From NCBI GenBank assembly GCA_965219445.1, contig CBDCNQ010000005.1, positions 1,568,001 through 1,632,000 on the forward strand: DNA of 64,000 nt, read 5' to 3'. This document shows positions 21,562-31,320 of this stretch, in pieces; positions within the stretch are counted from its first letter, which is position 1; each line of letters starts with the position of its first letter. The notes under the pieces are model-generated. The model had not been told where the DNA came from, ran no database searches, and was given only the letters and a program-made list of their open reading frames with translations. This DNA is from Longimicrobiales bacterium. GTDB lineage: Bacteria; Gemmatimonadota; Gemmatimonadetes; Longimicrobiales; Gaopeijiaceae. The position numbers and the translations under genes are program-made.

Positions 21562-22185
21562 TCATATGAGGTAGACGATGGTGAACAGGATAATCCAAAC
21601 GAGATCGACGAAATGCCAGTAGAGGCCGATCACCTCCACACCCTCGCAGTCCTGAACCGTGTAAGCGCCACGGAGCGCCATGACGTAGACGAAAATCAAG
21701 CAGAGGACCCCGATCGTCACATGGGCCCCGTGGAACCCGGTCATAGCGTAGAAGGTGGCTCCGTAAAGCGGGCCGCCCTCGGCCCCGTACGCATCTAGCA
21801 TCGGGACGAAGGCCTCATGCGTCAGCGCGATGTACTCGACGGCTTGGATGCCCACGAAGCTCGCTCCGATCAGAATCGTGGCGAGGAGCCACTTCTTGAG
21901 GCCGTTCTGGTCGCCGTCCTGGATGGCCGCAAAGGCCTTGACCATTGTGACCGACGAACAGATCAGGATGAACGTGTTCACGGCGGTCAAAGGCACGTTC
22001 AGGACGACTCCCGGCTCGGTCCAGTGGTCCGGGTGGGCAAACCGGAGGATGATGTAGGAACCGATCAACGACGTGAAGAACATCACCTCGCTGAGCAGGA
22101 ACACCCACATACCCAACTTCTTGTTGTAGACCTTCATCCCTGGCATGGGCTTGCGGTCCATGGTCGCAACGGCTGCGTTGCTCAT
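21562..22185 (-). CDS. coxC: Heme-copper oxidase subunit III
   Basis: GMWVFLLSEVMFF, TGFHGAHV and GLYWHFVDLVW motifs. Confidence 0.9.
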   Translation of the reverse strand: MSNAAVATMDRKPMPGMKVYNKKLGMWVFLLSEVMFFTSLIGSYIILRFAHPDHWTEPGVVLNVPLTAVNTFILICSSVTMVKAFAAIQDGDQNGLKKWLLATILIGASFVGIQAVEYIALTHEAFVPMLDAYGAEGGPLYGATFYAMTGFHGAHVTIGVLCLIFVYVMALRGAYTVQDCEGVEVIGLYWHFVDLVWIILFTIVYLI

Positions 22186-22188
22186 GCG

Positions 22189-23988
22189 TCAGTCTCCAGG
22201 AACGGGTTCGGGGGTCGGGGATACGGCCGGCTTTCCGTCCGTCCCGCTGGTCGCGGGCGGAGCGTCCTGAGGCCAGAAGTCCTCTTCGACGTCCGGATGA
22301 CTGTACTCGTACGGGCCACGGTACACGATGGGCATCTCCGGGAAGTTGCCGTGGGGTGGGGGAGACGGAGTGGTCCACAACAGCGTGTTGGACTTCCAGG
22401 GGTTGTTGCCGGCTTCCTTACCGTAGCGCAGGCTCCACAGGAAGTTGAACGCGAAGATCACCTGCGTGACCGCGAAGAGGAATACGCTGATCGAGATGAA
22501 CGTATTCATAGGCTGTAGCCCCTGCAGGAACTCGTATTGGTTGGGATCGTAGATGCGGCGCATCATCCCTTGCACACCCAGATTGTGCATCGGGAAGAAC
22601 GCCATGTTATAGAAGACGAACGAGAGCCCGAAATGCCACTTGCCGAGTCCCTCGTGCATCATCCGGCCGAACATCTTCGGATACCAGAAGATAATCCCCG
22701 CGAAAATTCCGAAGAGGCTTCCACCCACCAGAACGTAGTGGAGGTGCGCCACGATGAAGTAGGTGTCGTGGATGTAGATGTCGACTGGAGCCGCGGCCAT
22801 GAAAACCCCCGACAGCCCTCCGATGATGAAGAGCGACACGAATGCGACCGCGTGCAGGAGGGGCGCGTCGAAGTGGATGTCCCCACGCCAGAGCGTTCCC
22901 ATCCAGTTGAATACCTTGATCGCCGAGGGAACAGCGATCACGACCGTCGTCACCACGAAGGTCATACCGAGGAGCGGGTTCATGCCGCTCTGGAACATGT
23001 GGTGGCCCCAGACGACCCATGACAAGAACGCGATGGACACCAACGCGATCACCATGGAGTGGTAGCCGAAGATCGGCTTCCGGGACCGGCACGCGATCAC
23101 TTCGGACGTGAAGCCCATGGCGGGCAGGATCAGGATGTACACTTCGGGGTGGCCGAAGAACCAGAATATGTGCTGCCAGAGGAGAGGTTCGCCGCTACCC
23201 TCGGGGCGGAAGAAGGCCGTTCCGATCGTCTGATCGAAGAGCAGCAGAATCAGCCCGCCCGTGAGAATCGGGATGGCCAAAAGAAGAAGCCACGCGGTGA
23301 TGAAGAGCGACCACGTGCCAAGCGGGATCCGAAACCATGTCATCCCCGGCGCCCGCATGTTGATCACGGTCGAGACGTAGTTCAAAGAGCCCAGGATCGA
23401 GGAGAAGCCCAGAACGATCAGAGAGACCAGCCAGAGGATCTGCCCCATGTAGACGCCCGTCCACTCACCCGAGCTGCTCAACGGCGCATAGGAGGTCCAA
23501 CCGGCTCCCGCGGCGCCTCCCTCGACGAAGAAGCTTGCCAGCATGATCACTCCCGCGACGGGCATGATCCAGAAGGACGCCATGTTGATCCGGGGGAACG
23601 CCATGTCCTCCGCGCCGATCTGGAGCGGGATCAGGAGATTGCCGAAAACCCCCGCCATGAGCGGCATGAGCGCGAAGAACACCATGAAGGTGGCGTGCAT
23701 CGTGACCAGGGAATTGTAGAACTCGGGTAGGATGATGCCGCCCGGTGCCATGGTGTCCGGAAAGATACCCCTTATGAAAGAGGGCAGGGGTCGTCCCGGG
23801 AAACCGAGCTGCCAGCGAACCATGACCGCGAGCAGTCCTCCCAGCAGCAGGAAGAACAATCCGCTGAAGAGGAACTGTCTCGCGATCATCTTGTGATCGG
23901 TAGAGAAGATGTAGGTTCGGATGAAGCCGAGATCGTGGTGCTCCTCGGCGTGTCCGGTATGCGGCTCCGTCGCAGTGATCGTGCTCAT
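22189..23988 (-). CDS. coxA: Cytochrome c oxidase subunit I, A1-type
   Basis: STDHK, TMHA, WFFGHPEVY, WGHHM, VAHLHY and MMRR motifs. Confidence 0.95.
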   Translation of the reverse strand: MSTITATEPHTGHAEEHHDLGFIRTYIFSTDHKMIARQFLFSGLFFLLLGGLLAVMVRWQLGFPGRPLPSFIRGIFPDTMAPGGIILPEFYNSLVTMHATFMVFFALMPLMAGVFGNLLIPLQIGAEDMAFPRINMASFWIMPVAGVIMLASFFVEGGAAGAGWTSYAPLSSSGEWTGVYMGQILWLVSLIVLGFSSILGSLNYVSTVINMRAPGMTWFRIPLGTWSLFITAWLLLLAIPILTGGLILLLFDQTIGTAFFRPEGSGEPLLWQHIFWFFGHPEVYILILPAMGFTSEVIACRSRKPIFGYHSMVIALVSIAFLSWVVWGHHMFQSGMNPLLGMTFVVTTVVIAVPSAIKVFNWMGTLWRGDIHFDAPLLHAVAFVSLFIIGGLSGVFMAAAPVDIYIHDTYFIVAHLHYVLVGGSLFGIFAGIIFWYPKMFGRMMHEGLGKWHFGLSFVFYNMAFFPMHNLGVQGMMRRIYDPNQYEFLQGLQPMNTFISISVFLFAVTQVIFAFNFLWSLRYGKEAGNNPWKSNTLLWTTPSPPPHGNFPEMPIVYRGPYEYSHPDVEEDFWPQDAPPATSGTDGKPAVSPTPEPVPGD

Positions 23989-24671
23989 CAGTCAGCCTCC
24001 GCTGCGGCTTGCTGCTCCGCGAGCCAATCTTGGAAATCAGCCTGTGAGTGGACGGTGACCGTCCCTCCCATTCGATAGTGCCCGAGCCCGCAGAGCTCGG
24101 CACAGGCCAGGGTAAACTCACCGGTCCGTGTCGCTTCGAACCAGACCGGGATCACCATGCCCGGCACCGCGTCCTGCTTCACCCGGAATTCGGGAAGGAA
24201 GAAGGAGTGGATCACGTCCTCGGCCATCAGTTCGACCCGAACGGGTCGATCGACCGGAATGTGTAGGGCATTTAGGGAGACGAAATCGTCCGACGTGTTG
24301 AACTGTCCGTCGGCGCCCGCATAGGTGGCGCTCCACTCGAACTGAGCGCCCGTGATGTGGATCGGATATGCGTTGGCCGGGATGCGATCGGGATCACGGA
24401 TCTCGTCCCAGATGCCCTTCGAGTAGAATGCCAAAGCCATGACGATGACAAACGGAACCGCGGTCCAGATGATCTCGGCCTTGGTGCTGCCGTGGATGTA
24501 CTCCGCTTTCCGTCCTTCCTTGTGGCGGTACTTCACCATGAAGTACAGCAAGGGAATCTCCGTGGCAAAGAAGATGATCCCCGTGACCCAGAGGATCACG
24601 ACCCACAGGCTGTCTAGAGCCGGCCCGAACGTCGACACGACGTTGTCCGGCATGAGCCAGGAAAAATTCAT
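23988..24671 (-). CDS. coxB: Cytochrome c oxidase subunit II (CuA, no fused cytochrome c)
   Basis: EIIWT, DVIHSF and CAELCGLGHYRM motifs. Confidence 0.93.
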   Translation of the reverse strand: MNFSWLMPDNVVSTFGPALDSLWVVILWVTGIIFFATEIPLLYFMVKYRHKEGRKAEYIHGSTKAEIIWTAVPFVIVMALAFYSKGIWDEIRDPDRIPANAYPIHITGAQFEWSATYAGADGQFNTSDDFVSLNALHIPVDRPVRVELMAEDVIHSFFLPEFRVKQDAVPGMVIPVWFEATRTGEFTLACAELCGLGHYRMGGTVTVHSQADFQDWLAEQQAAAEAD

Positions 24672-24720
24672 CCCACTCGTCTCCCGAGCTTGAATGTGAG
24701 GCCTACGGTTACGATGGAGA

Positions 24721-24761
24721 GGCGCCTACCGGTCCGTTCAAGGACCGAACCGGCAGACGCC
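24721..24761 (-). other. Intergenic RNA hairpin upstream of coxII
   Basis: 16-bp stem that pairs fully only on the minus strand, using G-U pairs: ggcgtctgccggttcg / cggaccggtaggcgcc. Confidence 0.5.
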
Positions 24762-24769
24762 CTAATCAT

Positions 24770-25621
24770 TTAGGATGCTTCCGCGATTGCGTGAAGGTCG
24801 ATCGGAGCGCCGAGAGGCACCACGGCGTTCTGAGCCATGGGGGCACTGAACGTAAACGTGACCTCGGTGGTCTCGCCCGTGGTCACTGTCACCGTCTGGG
24901 TCTGAGTACCGTAGCGCTCATGCCACGCTTCGATCACGTACTCGCCCGGAGGCAGCGTGGACAGGTCGAAAGCACCACTGCCGTTTGAGACGGAGTGATA
25001 CGGATGATCCAGAACACCGACATAGGCGTTCATCCAACCGTGGACATCACAGCGCAGAGGCACCATGACCTCGGTCGTGCCGAAGTTGCGCGTGGTCTCC
25101 ATGTTGACCGGCTGACTGGTGTTGAAGCCACGCTGCTCATTCGGCGACGCGTTGATGTTGTGCAGAACGCCGTCGCTGTTCCGAATCGTGATGTCTTGAT
25201 CCACCATAACGCCAAGGACATGAGGGATGTAGACACACCCGTTCTGATCTAGCAGAGCTGGTCCGGGCGTCGGGAACTGGAGGCTCTCGAGCCCCTCCCT
25301 CACGTAGACGAAAACGTTGGCCAGAGTGCCGTTGCCGTTGACGACGACTTCCGGGACCATCGGTGTGGACGAGTGCTTGGCCGCACACACGGACTCGCTG
25401 GCCATGTTGATGGCATCCATGCTGGGCGCGCTGCCCTCGAAGACGATGGAGCCCGCGATGTTGCCGGCCGTGGCCGCGTCGACCGGGTTTTCCACGGCTG
25501 CTCCACCTCCGGCGCCACCACCTCCGGCACCTCCTCCTCCATCTCCGCCCCCGCAGCCGGCCATGAGCAGGAGCATGAGTGCGGGCGCGACGACTCCGCG
25601 CAATTCAGATCGATCCGACAT
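24770..25621 (-). CDS. Lipoprotein with cupredoxin-like and carboxypeptidase-regulatory-like domains
   Basis: Lipobox MAGC, Gly-rich linker, DQNGC, LHN, CDVHGWM and GEYVIEAWHE. Confidence 0.75.
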   Translation of the reverse strand: MSDRSELRGVVAPALMLLLMAGCGGGDGGGGAGGGGAGGGAAVENPVDAATAGNIAGSIVFEGSAPSMDAINMASESVCAAKHSSTPMVPEVVVNGNGTLANVFVYVREGLESLQFPTPGPALLDQNGCVYIPHVLGVMVDQDITIRNSDGVLHNINASPNEQRGFNTSQPVNMETTRNFGTTEVMVPLRCDVHGWMNAYVGVLDHPYHSVSNGSGAFDLSTLPPGEYVIEAWHERYGTQTQTVTVTTGETTEVTFTFSAPMAQNAVVPLGAPIDLHAIAEAS

Positions 25622-25646
25622 TATGCCTCCAATAGGATAAAATGGT

Positions 25647-27278
25647 TCAGTAATTCGGTGTCTCGCTTTCTACTTTGCCGCCCTTCCGCTCCCTCTTCTG
25701 AGCGCGGCCTACTACCAAGAATCCCAACGCGGCCGTCAACATCATAGCCAAAGCGGGCGCTACATATACCGTGGCGGGAGTGGCGTCCTCTAGGAACAAA
25801 AAGTACCAGGAACTGACCGCACCCCTTGTGCCCGATTCCCCGTTGTCTCCATCCCAGGCGAACAAAGCCATCGGAATGGCCTCACCGATCACGAAGTCGA
25901 GGTCGCCTTCGTCCTCCGTGACGAGCGACCTCGTGAACATGACCTGCCACTGGCCGTCGGCATGCGAGACGTCTAGGGTAAGGTCTCGCCCCTCCGATTG
26001 GAAGGCCTCGGTTCCGAGGCCGCGGGCCTCGCCTTCGAGGGCATCTTCACGATCACTTTGCCACTGCCAGAGATAGACCGGACGGCGGTTGTCCCCACCC
26101 AGAAAAAACGGCCGCTCCATACCCTCTGGCATCTGCATCGGGAACTGGACCACGAGCTGATCGGGCGTCGGCCCCTCATCCGGTGGGTCGCCCTCCTTCG
26201 GTTGCATGAGCGAAATCACTTGGGACTTCCAGTCGGCCCATCGAGGGTCGGGGCTGTTGTTGGGATCGCTCCAAGAAACGCGAACGGCCACGGACCCGCC
26301 GTCATGTGCGGCCTGCACCCAAACGCCCACCACGCGCGGGTCGAACCACCGCGGCATCACAATGATTTGTCCGACGAGCGGGAGGTAGGCGCGCTCGACA
26401 CCTTCCCACGCCTCGTCGTCGACGGACGACGGAAGCGGAACGCCCTCGAAGAGGACGCCCCGAACCACCTCGGTGATTCCCGGCGGGTCCTCAGGGGCGA
26501 GACTGCGAACGTAATGCGAAATGGCCCAGAGCTGATCGTCGGTGATGACGCCCGCCTCGATGATGTCACCGAAGTTCGGCATGGGCGTACCGTCCAGGCC
26601 CGTCCGCAGTCGACGGTAGATGTCCTCGACGTCTCCGCCGCCGTTGAACAGCCAGTTTTTGGTCAGGTCAGCCGCACGAATAGGAAAGTCGCCGTCGTCG
26701 ACGAGCGTCGGAGAAGATTCTCCGTCGCCTCTGCCCCCGTCCCCGTGGCACTGCCAACACTCGATCGCTTGGTACTGTGCCTGGCCTTCGGCGAGGACCT
26801 CGTCGTTGACCCGGGTCGCGCTACCGAAGTCGAGCGGCTGTGGGACTTCATCGGGAGAGAAGAAGCGCGAGAACGTCTTGAGGTACTCGACCAGCGCCTC
26901 TTTCTCGTCGCCCGAAAGAAGTTCCTCCCATCCGGGCATCGTCGTGCCCGGCATCCCCCGGTCGATGATGTTGAGAATATCCTCATCCGTCGGGAGCGCG
27001 CCGCTGGCTGTGGTGCGAATCTGGTAAAGCGCCTGGGTAAAGTCTCGCGGCCGCGGAAGCATGTAGCCGGCGCCGTCGCCGTCGCCGGTCCCGTCCACCC
27101 CGTGACAGCCCGCACACCAACGGTCATAAGTAACCTGACCAAGATTATCGCCGTCCTGGGCACTCAGGCCACCCACTGTCAATGCCGATGCCGCAGCGAG
27201 TAAGACCGCCAGGGGCATCCACCTCGGGATAGAGCCGGCGCTCTGGTACATCGTTCCCTTCGTCGACGCGGCCGTCAT
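25647..27278 (-). CDS. Diheme c-type cytochrome with EB_dh/DOMON-like domain and C-terminal membrane anchor
   Basis: CAGCH and CWQCH, each followed by GMPGTTMP / GLDGTPMP; WDGDNGE and SSWYF at the end; terminal TM. Confidence 0.8.
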   Translation of the reverse strand: MTAASTKGTMYQSAGSIPRWMPLAVLLAAASALTVGGLSAQDGDNLGQVTYDRWCAGCHGVDGTGDGDGAGYMLPRPRDFTQALYQIRTTASGALPTDEDILNIIDRGMPGTTMPGWEELLSGDEKEALVEYLKTFSRFFSPDEVPQPLDFGSATRVNDEVLAEGQAQYQAIECWQCHGDGGRGDGESSPTLVDDGDFPIRAADLTKNWLFNGGGDVEDIYRRLRTGLDGTPMPNFGDIIEAGVITDDQLWAISHYVRSLAPEDPPGITEVVRGVLFEGVPLPSSVDDEAWEGVERAYLPLVGQIIVMPRWFDPRVVGVWVQAAHDGGSVAVRVSWSDPNNSPDPRWADWKSQVISLMQPKEGDPPDEGPTPDQLVVQFPMQMPEGMERPFFLGGDNRRPVYLWQWQSDREDALEGEARGLGTEAFQSEGRDLTLDVSHADGQWQVMFTRSLVTEDEGDLDFVIGEAIPMALFAWDGDNGESGTRGAVSSWYFLFLEDATPATVYVAPALAMMLTAALGFLVVGRAQKRERKGGKVESETPNY

Positions 27279-28075
27279 TCCGCCTCCCCTTCCCCGCCCT
27301 CTTCCTCGAACGTGCGTGGCTCGTGGCCGGCCTGCTCATACAAGAAGATGATCACGGACCAGATCTCATCTTCGGTGAGAAAGTCCTCCCATGCCGGCAT
27401 GGCCGAGTCCCACGAAGCCCCCTCGTTGGGGAGCCCGGGACCTCCCTTCGAGACCCGCCAAAAAACAAAGCTCTCGGTAAGCTGCGCGATGGTGCCGATG
27501 TCCTGGAAGTTCAAGGGGGCGGGATTGAATCCATGCGCGTAATGCCCCTGGCCGTCGAGCCCGTCACCGTGGCAAGCCAGGCAGTTCTCATAGTAGACGC
27601 GCTTCCCCTCTTCGTAGTGCTCCTCCATGGAGCCTTGCGAGCGCAAGGGGTTCTCCAGGGTGGCGAGCTCCATGAGGGTTCCCTGGAAGTCGATCTGGCC
27701 GGGAGGCGCGGGGTGAATCGAGCGAAGGCTCACGGGCGCGGCCACGGACGGCATTACCTGATTGAAGGTCGCGTACGCAACGAAGACAGGGACCAGCACC
27801 ATGAGCGAGTTTCGCGTCGTCTTCCGGCTCGGATCTACCATCACGCTATGGATCGGCGCCTTGAATTCCGTCCAGCGGGCCTCGTTGTCGCTGACCCAGA
27901 GGAGGACCCCAACGCCCACGGTGACGAGGAACTGGAGAAGCACGGAATTCGGGACCGGAGCACTCGGGATTCCGATCAAAGGCGGGATGTACGCGATCCC
28001 GAAATCCAGCAAGAGGTAAGAAACCACGAGGACCAGGACTGCCTGGCCCAAGGGATGCTTCAAGTGTTTGCCCAT
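27275..28075 (-). CDS. Membrane-anchored monoheme cytochrome c
   Basis: Three N-terminal TMs, CLACH, SAMPAW. Confidence 0.85.
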   Translation of the reverse strand: MGKHLKHPLGQAVLVLVVSYLLLDFGIAYIPPLIGIPSAPVPNSVLLQFLVTVGVGVLLWVSDNEARWTEFKAPIHSVMVDPSRKTTRNSLMVLVPVFVAYATFNQVMPSVAAPVSLRSIHPAPPGQIDFQGTLMELATLENPLRSQGSMEEHYEEGKRVYYENCLACHGDGLDGQGHYAHGFNPAPLNFQDIGTIAQLTESFVFWRVSKGGPGLPNEGASWDSAMPAWEDFLTEDEIWSVIIFLYEQAGHEPRTFEEEGGEGEAE

Positions 28076-28093
28076 CGCTATTCTCGCCTCCCC

Positions 28094-29536
28094 TTAGCGC
28101 TGGCTTGCCAGGAACTGTACGACGGTTTCCAACTGACTCGCAGAGAGCTGGTTGCCGAAAATTGGAGGCATCACGCCCACGAGACTATCGAAACCCACTG
28201 ATGCGCCGGCAGCCGGATCCAGGATCGATTCTCGGATATAGTCGGCATCGATGCGTGCGCCGATCCCGTCGAACGCAGGACCCATCGGCAAACCCTGTCC
28301 GTCGAATTCGTGGCAGCTGAGGCATGCATTTGCGTTCATGATCTCGACGGGATCAGTGGACGCGGTGACAGGCGGTGCTGCGGCCGTCGCCAGAGCACCC
28401 GAGCCATCGTCGCCCACACCAATGTCTGCACCGGTTACGGTGACCTCACCGCCGATGGACTCCAGGTAAGCTACGACCGCCCAGATCTGCTGGTTCGAGA
28501 GGGAGCGGCGCATATCGGGCATGATCGGGTCGAAGCCCTCCACGAGGTAGGCGCCCGGATCTATCATCGAGGCGTAGAGGTATGCCTTGCAGTCTTCGCC
28601 GGCTACGCGATTCGCGCACCGGACGCCGACCGTGCCCGTGCCTTCGTGGTCGGTGAGAAGATTCGGAGCCCTCGTGCCCAGTCCGTGACAGGCCACGCAG
28701 CCACCCGCGCCGTTGTACAGGAGCTCTCCGGAGGACGTCAACTCCTCGGCGCTCACGTCGGAGCCGAAGCTGAGCTCCACGGGCACCTCGGACTGTACCT
28801 GCGGAATGGAATTGGCCACGAGCGTGAAGGTGGCAAGGGTGCCGATCACGACCGCGAAAATCTTGAGGTTTTCTACCAGCATCGAGCGAGCCTCGTATCC
28901 TGATTCAACTCCTGAGTCGAATCCTGACGCCGCATGGGCCACCCCCACCGGCTCTTCCAGGGGCTCAGATCCTGGGTCGAGTCCTGGCGGCCCAGGGGCC
29001 ACCCCCACCGGATCTTCCCGGAGTTCATACGGATCCTGGCCCATCAGGATGCCCCTGGCTCGCTCGAGGCGATCCGCCGCCACCGTCACGTAGATCCCGA
29101 ACTTGCCCGCACTGAACTCCGGATCGTAGACGACCATCGGTTTGATATAGGGCAGGCGGCTGCTGATGAAGAGCCCGATCACGGTGGCCAACGCACCGAA
29201 CAACACCATCATCTCGAACGCGATGACGACGTAAGCGGGAATCGAGAGGATCGGCTTTCCACCCGTGACCAATGGCCAATCCATCGAGGTAAACGACGTG
29301 AGCGCGAACCCTCCGGCAGCGCCGCAGAGCCCGCCCGCCAACGCCCACACCCTGACGGGACTCTGATCGTACCCGAGCGCCTCTTCGATTTGATGCTCGG
29401 GGTACGGCGTGTAGGCCGTGATCTTCTTGAGGCCGGCCGCCTGAAGCTCCTCGATGGCGTTCACGGCCGAATCTACGTAATCGAACGAGGCCAGGAGGCC
29501 CATCGTGCCGCTCCGACCTTCAATCAAATTCTGCAT
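28094..29536 (-). CDS. ActD (DUF3341)-like domain fused to a diheme cytochrome c
   Basis: YTPYP, DWPLVTGGKP and FEMMVLFGAL, then CVACH and CLSCH; ATG at 29536 overlaps the upstream stop. Confidence 0.75.
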   Translation of the reverse strand: MQNLIEGRSGTMGLLASFDYVDSAVNAIEELQAAGLKKITAYTPYPEHQIEEALGYDQSPVRVWALAGGLCGAAGGFALTSFTSMDWPLVTGGKPILSIPAYVVIAFEMMVLFGALATVIGLFISSRLPYIKPMVVYDPEFSAGKFGIYVTVAADRLERARGILMGQDPYELREDPVGVAPGPPGLDPGSEPLEEPVGVAHAASGFDSGVESGYEARSMLVENLKIFAVVIGTLATFTLVANSIPQVQSEVPVELSFGSDVSAEELTSSGELLYNGAGGCVACHGLGTRAPNLLTDHEGTGTVGVRCANRVAGEDCKAYLYASMIDPGAYLVEGFDPIMPDMRRSLSNQQIWAVVAYLESIGGEVTVTGADIGVGDDGSGALATAAAPPVTASTDPVEIMNANACLSCHEFDGQGLPMGPAFDGIGARIDADYIRESILDPAAGASVGFDSLVGVMPPIFGNQLSASQLETVVQFLASQR

Positions 29537-31320
29537 CAATCGCCTGCGGCAGGAGCGAGCTCCGGCCCTCTTGGGGATACGGATGGACCCTCTGCCGCCG
29601 GCGATACAATGGGTTTCTCCGCCAACCCACCGAGCCAGAAAATGAACGCCACGAGGACGAAGAAGATCAGCACACAGGCGGAGATCACGATCGCCGCGTA
29701 CCCGAGCGCCGGCGTCGCTGCCCATTCACTGGTGTCCCGTACGACTTCCCACACATGCCAGTGCTGGCGGATTCCGCTCCGGGCGAAGCCCATGAGACCC
29801 ATCAGCCATGTGAACGTGACGGCCAGGATGAAGAGCGCGTACTGGGAACGAGGGGGCATCTGACCCCATCGGATCTCACCACGCGACACCGCGCCCCGCA
29901 TCATGAAGACATTGATCGCGACCACGCCGACGATGGTCACGAGCACCGCCAGGACCTGATAGACCGAGAAGCCGACTCGCACGATTGCGCTGACGAAGTA
30001 GCCGTACACCCCGTAGAACACAACGATGATCGTGGAGATCATGAACAAAGCCGCCTGCACCATCGTCCCCGTCCTGGCCCACGGAACCGTCGGATCCGAG
30101 TTCGCGCGCAAGTAGAGCAGGAACGAGAGGAACGTCGTCAAGATCATGATGTTTACGGCCGTGTTCTTGGCGCTCATGACGCCGAGTACTCCGAGGAAGG
30201 GGTGGTGTGTTCCACCCATTGCTGCAATCTCTTCACGGTTGGCGATCATCGTGTGCGGTGTCGCCCATACGATGACGCCAACGACCAGGACGATCAGCAT
30301 GTATTTCGTGTAGGGTGTGAAGCGCTCGGCCCCCGGGATCCGTCCCATACCGACCCACAGGTAATAGTTGCCTGCTAGGAACAGCACTCCGATCAGGAAG
30401 GCCTGGATGATCCAGAGCCAGCTCATGAACCCACCCATCAAGGTGATGCCCATCTGCTGGTTGTACTCGTAGATCTCTCGGCCGAGGTAATAGCCGGCGA
30501 AGGGCAGGACAAGGAGCGCGGAGATCGCGATCAAGTTTCCGATGTAGCCCATCCAGTCGTAGTGGGCGCGCTCCTCATCGGTCCTGGCCAGCAGGAAGCG
30601 GTAGGCCGCATAGGCGCCCACGATCGCTCCGCCGAACACGACATTGGCGATGACCCGGTGGATGTTGATGGGCATCCAGGTCGCATTCGCGAAGGCACTC
30701 CACGTCTGCACCATCGCGGGCGCGGTGTCCGGGCCAACGTCCGCTGGCGGACTCATCATGTATGTGAGCCACGAGTTGGCGATGAGCATCACCGCCGTGC
30801 CCCAGACATTCAGCAGGATCCCCAATGTCCAGTGGCCCAGTTTGGCCCGTCCCTGATTCCAGCGGTCCCAACCGTAGTAGTACAAGTAGAGAGTGAACGA
30901 CTCGAAGAAGAAGAGCCCCACGTAGAACCACATGGAGACCTCGAAGATTTCCGCAAGGTAGACCCAGAGGTTCGGGAAGATCGTGACCAGGAGGAAGGAG
31001 AGGATGGCACCCCAGATCGCCGTGGCAGAGTATGCGACGAGCAAGAGCCGTGTGAACTCCTTCGCGAGTTTATCGTACTTCGACTCCCCCCCGAACATGC
31101 CAATGGCCTCGGCGACCACCGCGAACATGGGCACGCCGAGCACGAACGCCGCGAAGAGAAGGTGGACTTGCGCCGCGACCCAGACGGCCACGCGCCCCCC
31201 AACCAAAGGAAAATCTCCGTAGGATCGGCCGGCGATTTCCTGCGCCCAGGCCACCTCGGGGAAAACGTGAAGGGCCAGCGCGGACAGGCTCATGGCCCCC
31301 AGGAGCTTCAAGCTCATCAT
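29536..31320 (-). CDS. Cytochrome bd subunit I-like (CydA-like) membrane protein
   Basis: QVHLLFAAFVLG, FFFES, ANSW..YMMSP, NIHR and RSGIRQHW resemble CydA motifs; ATGA overlap with the radical SAM gene. Confidence 0.8.
   Translation of the reverse strand: MMSLKLLGAMSLSALALHVFPEVAWAQEIAGRSYGDFPLVGGRVAVWVAAQVHLLFAAFVLGVPMFAVVAEAIGMFGGESKYDKLAKEFTRLLLVAYSATAIWGAILSFLLVTIFPNLWVYLAEIFEVSMWFYVGLFFFESFTLYLYYYGWDRWNQGRAKLGHWTLGILLNVWGTAVMLIANSWLTYMMSPPADVGPDTAPAMVQTWSAFANATWMPINIHRVIANVVFGGAIVGAYAAYRFLLARTDEERAHYDWMGYIGNLIAISALLVLPFAGYYLGREIYEYNQQMGITLMGGFMSWLWIIQAFLIGVLFLAGNYYLWVGMGRIPGAERFTPYTKYMLIVLVVGVIVWATPHTMIANREEIAAMGGTHHPFLGVLGVMSAKNTAVNIMILTTFLSFLLYLRANSDPTVPWARTGTMVQAALFMISTIIVVFYGVYGYFVSAIVRVGFSVYQVLAVLVTIVGVVAINVFMMRGAVSRGEIRWGQMPPRSQYALFILAVTFTWLMGLMGFARSGIRQHWHVWEVVRDTSEWAATPALGYAAIVISACVLIFFVLVAFIFWLGGLAEKPIVSPAAEGPSVSPRGPELAPAAGD

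Noticed and set aside
25500..25556. Short GC-rich repeats
   Set aside because: They simply encode the Gly/Ala linker of the lipoprotein
28094..29536. Complete alternative complex III or NXR/nitrate reductase
   Set aside because: No ActA/B/C, NrfD-type or molybdopterin subunit in the window
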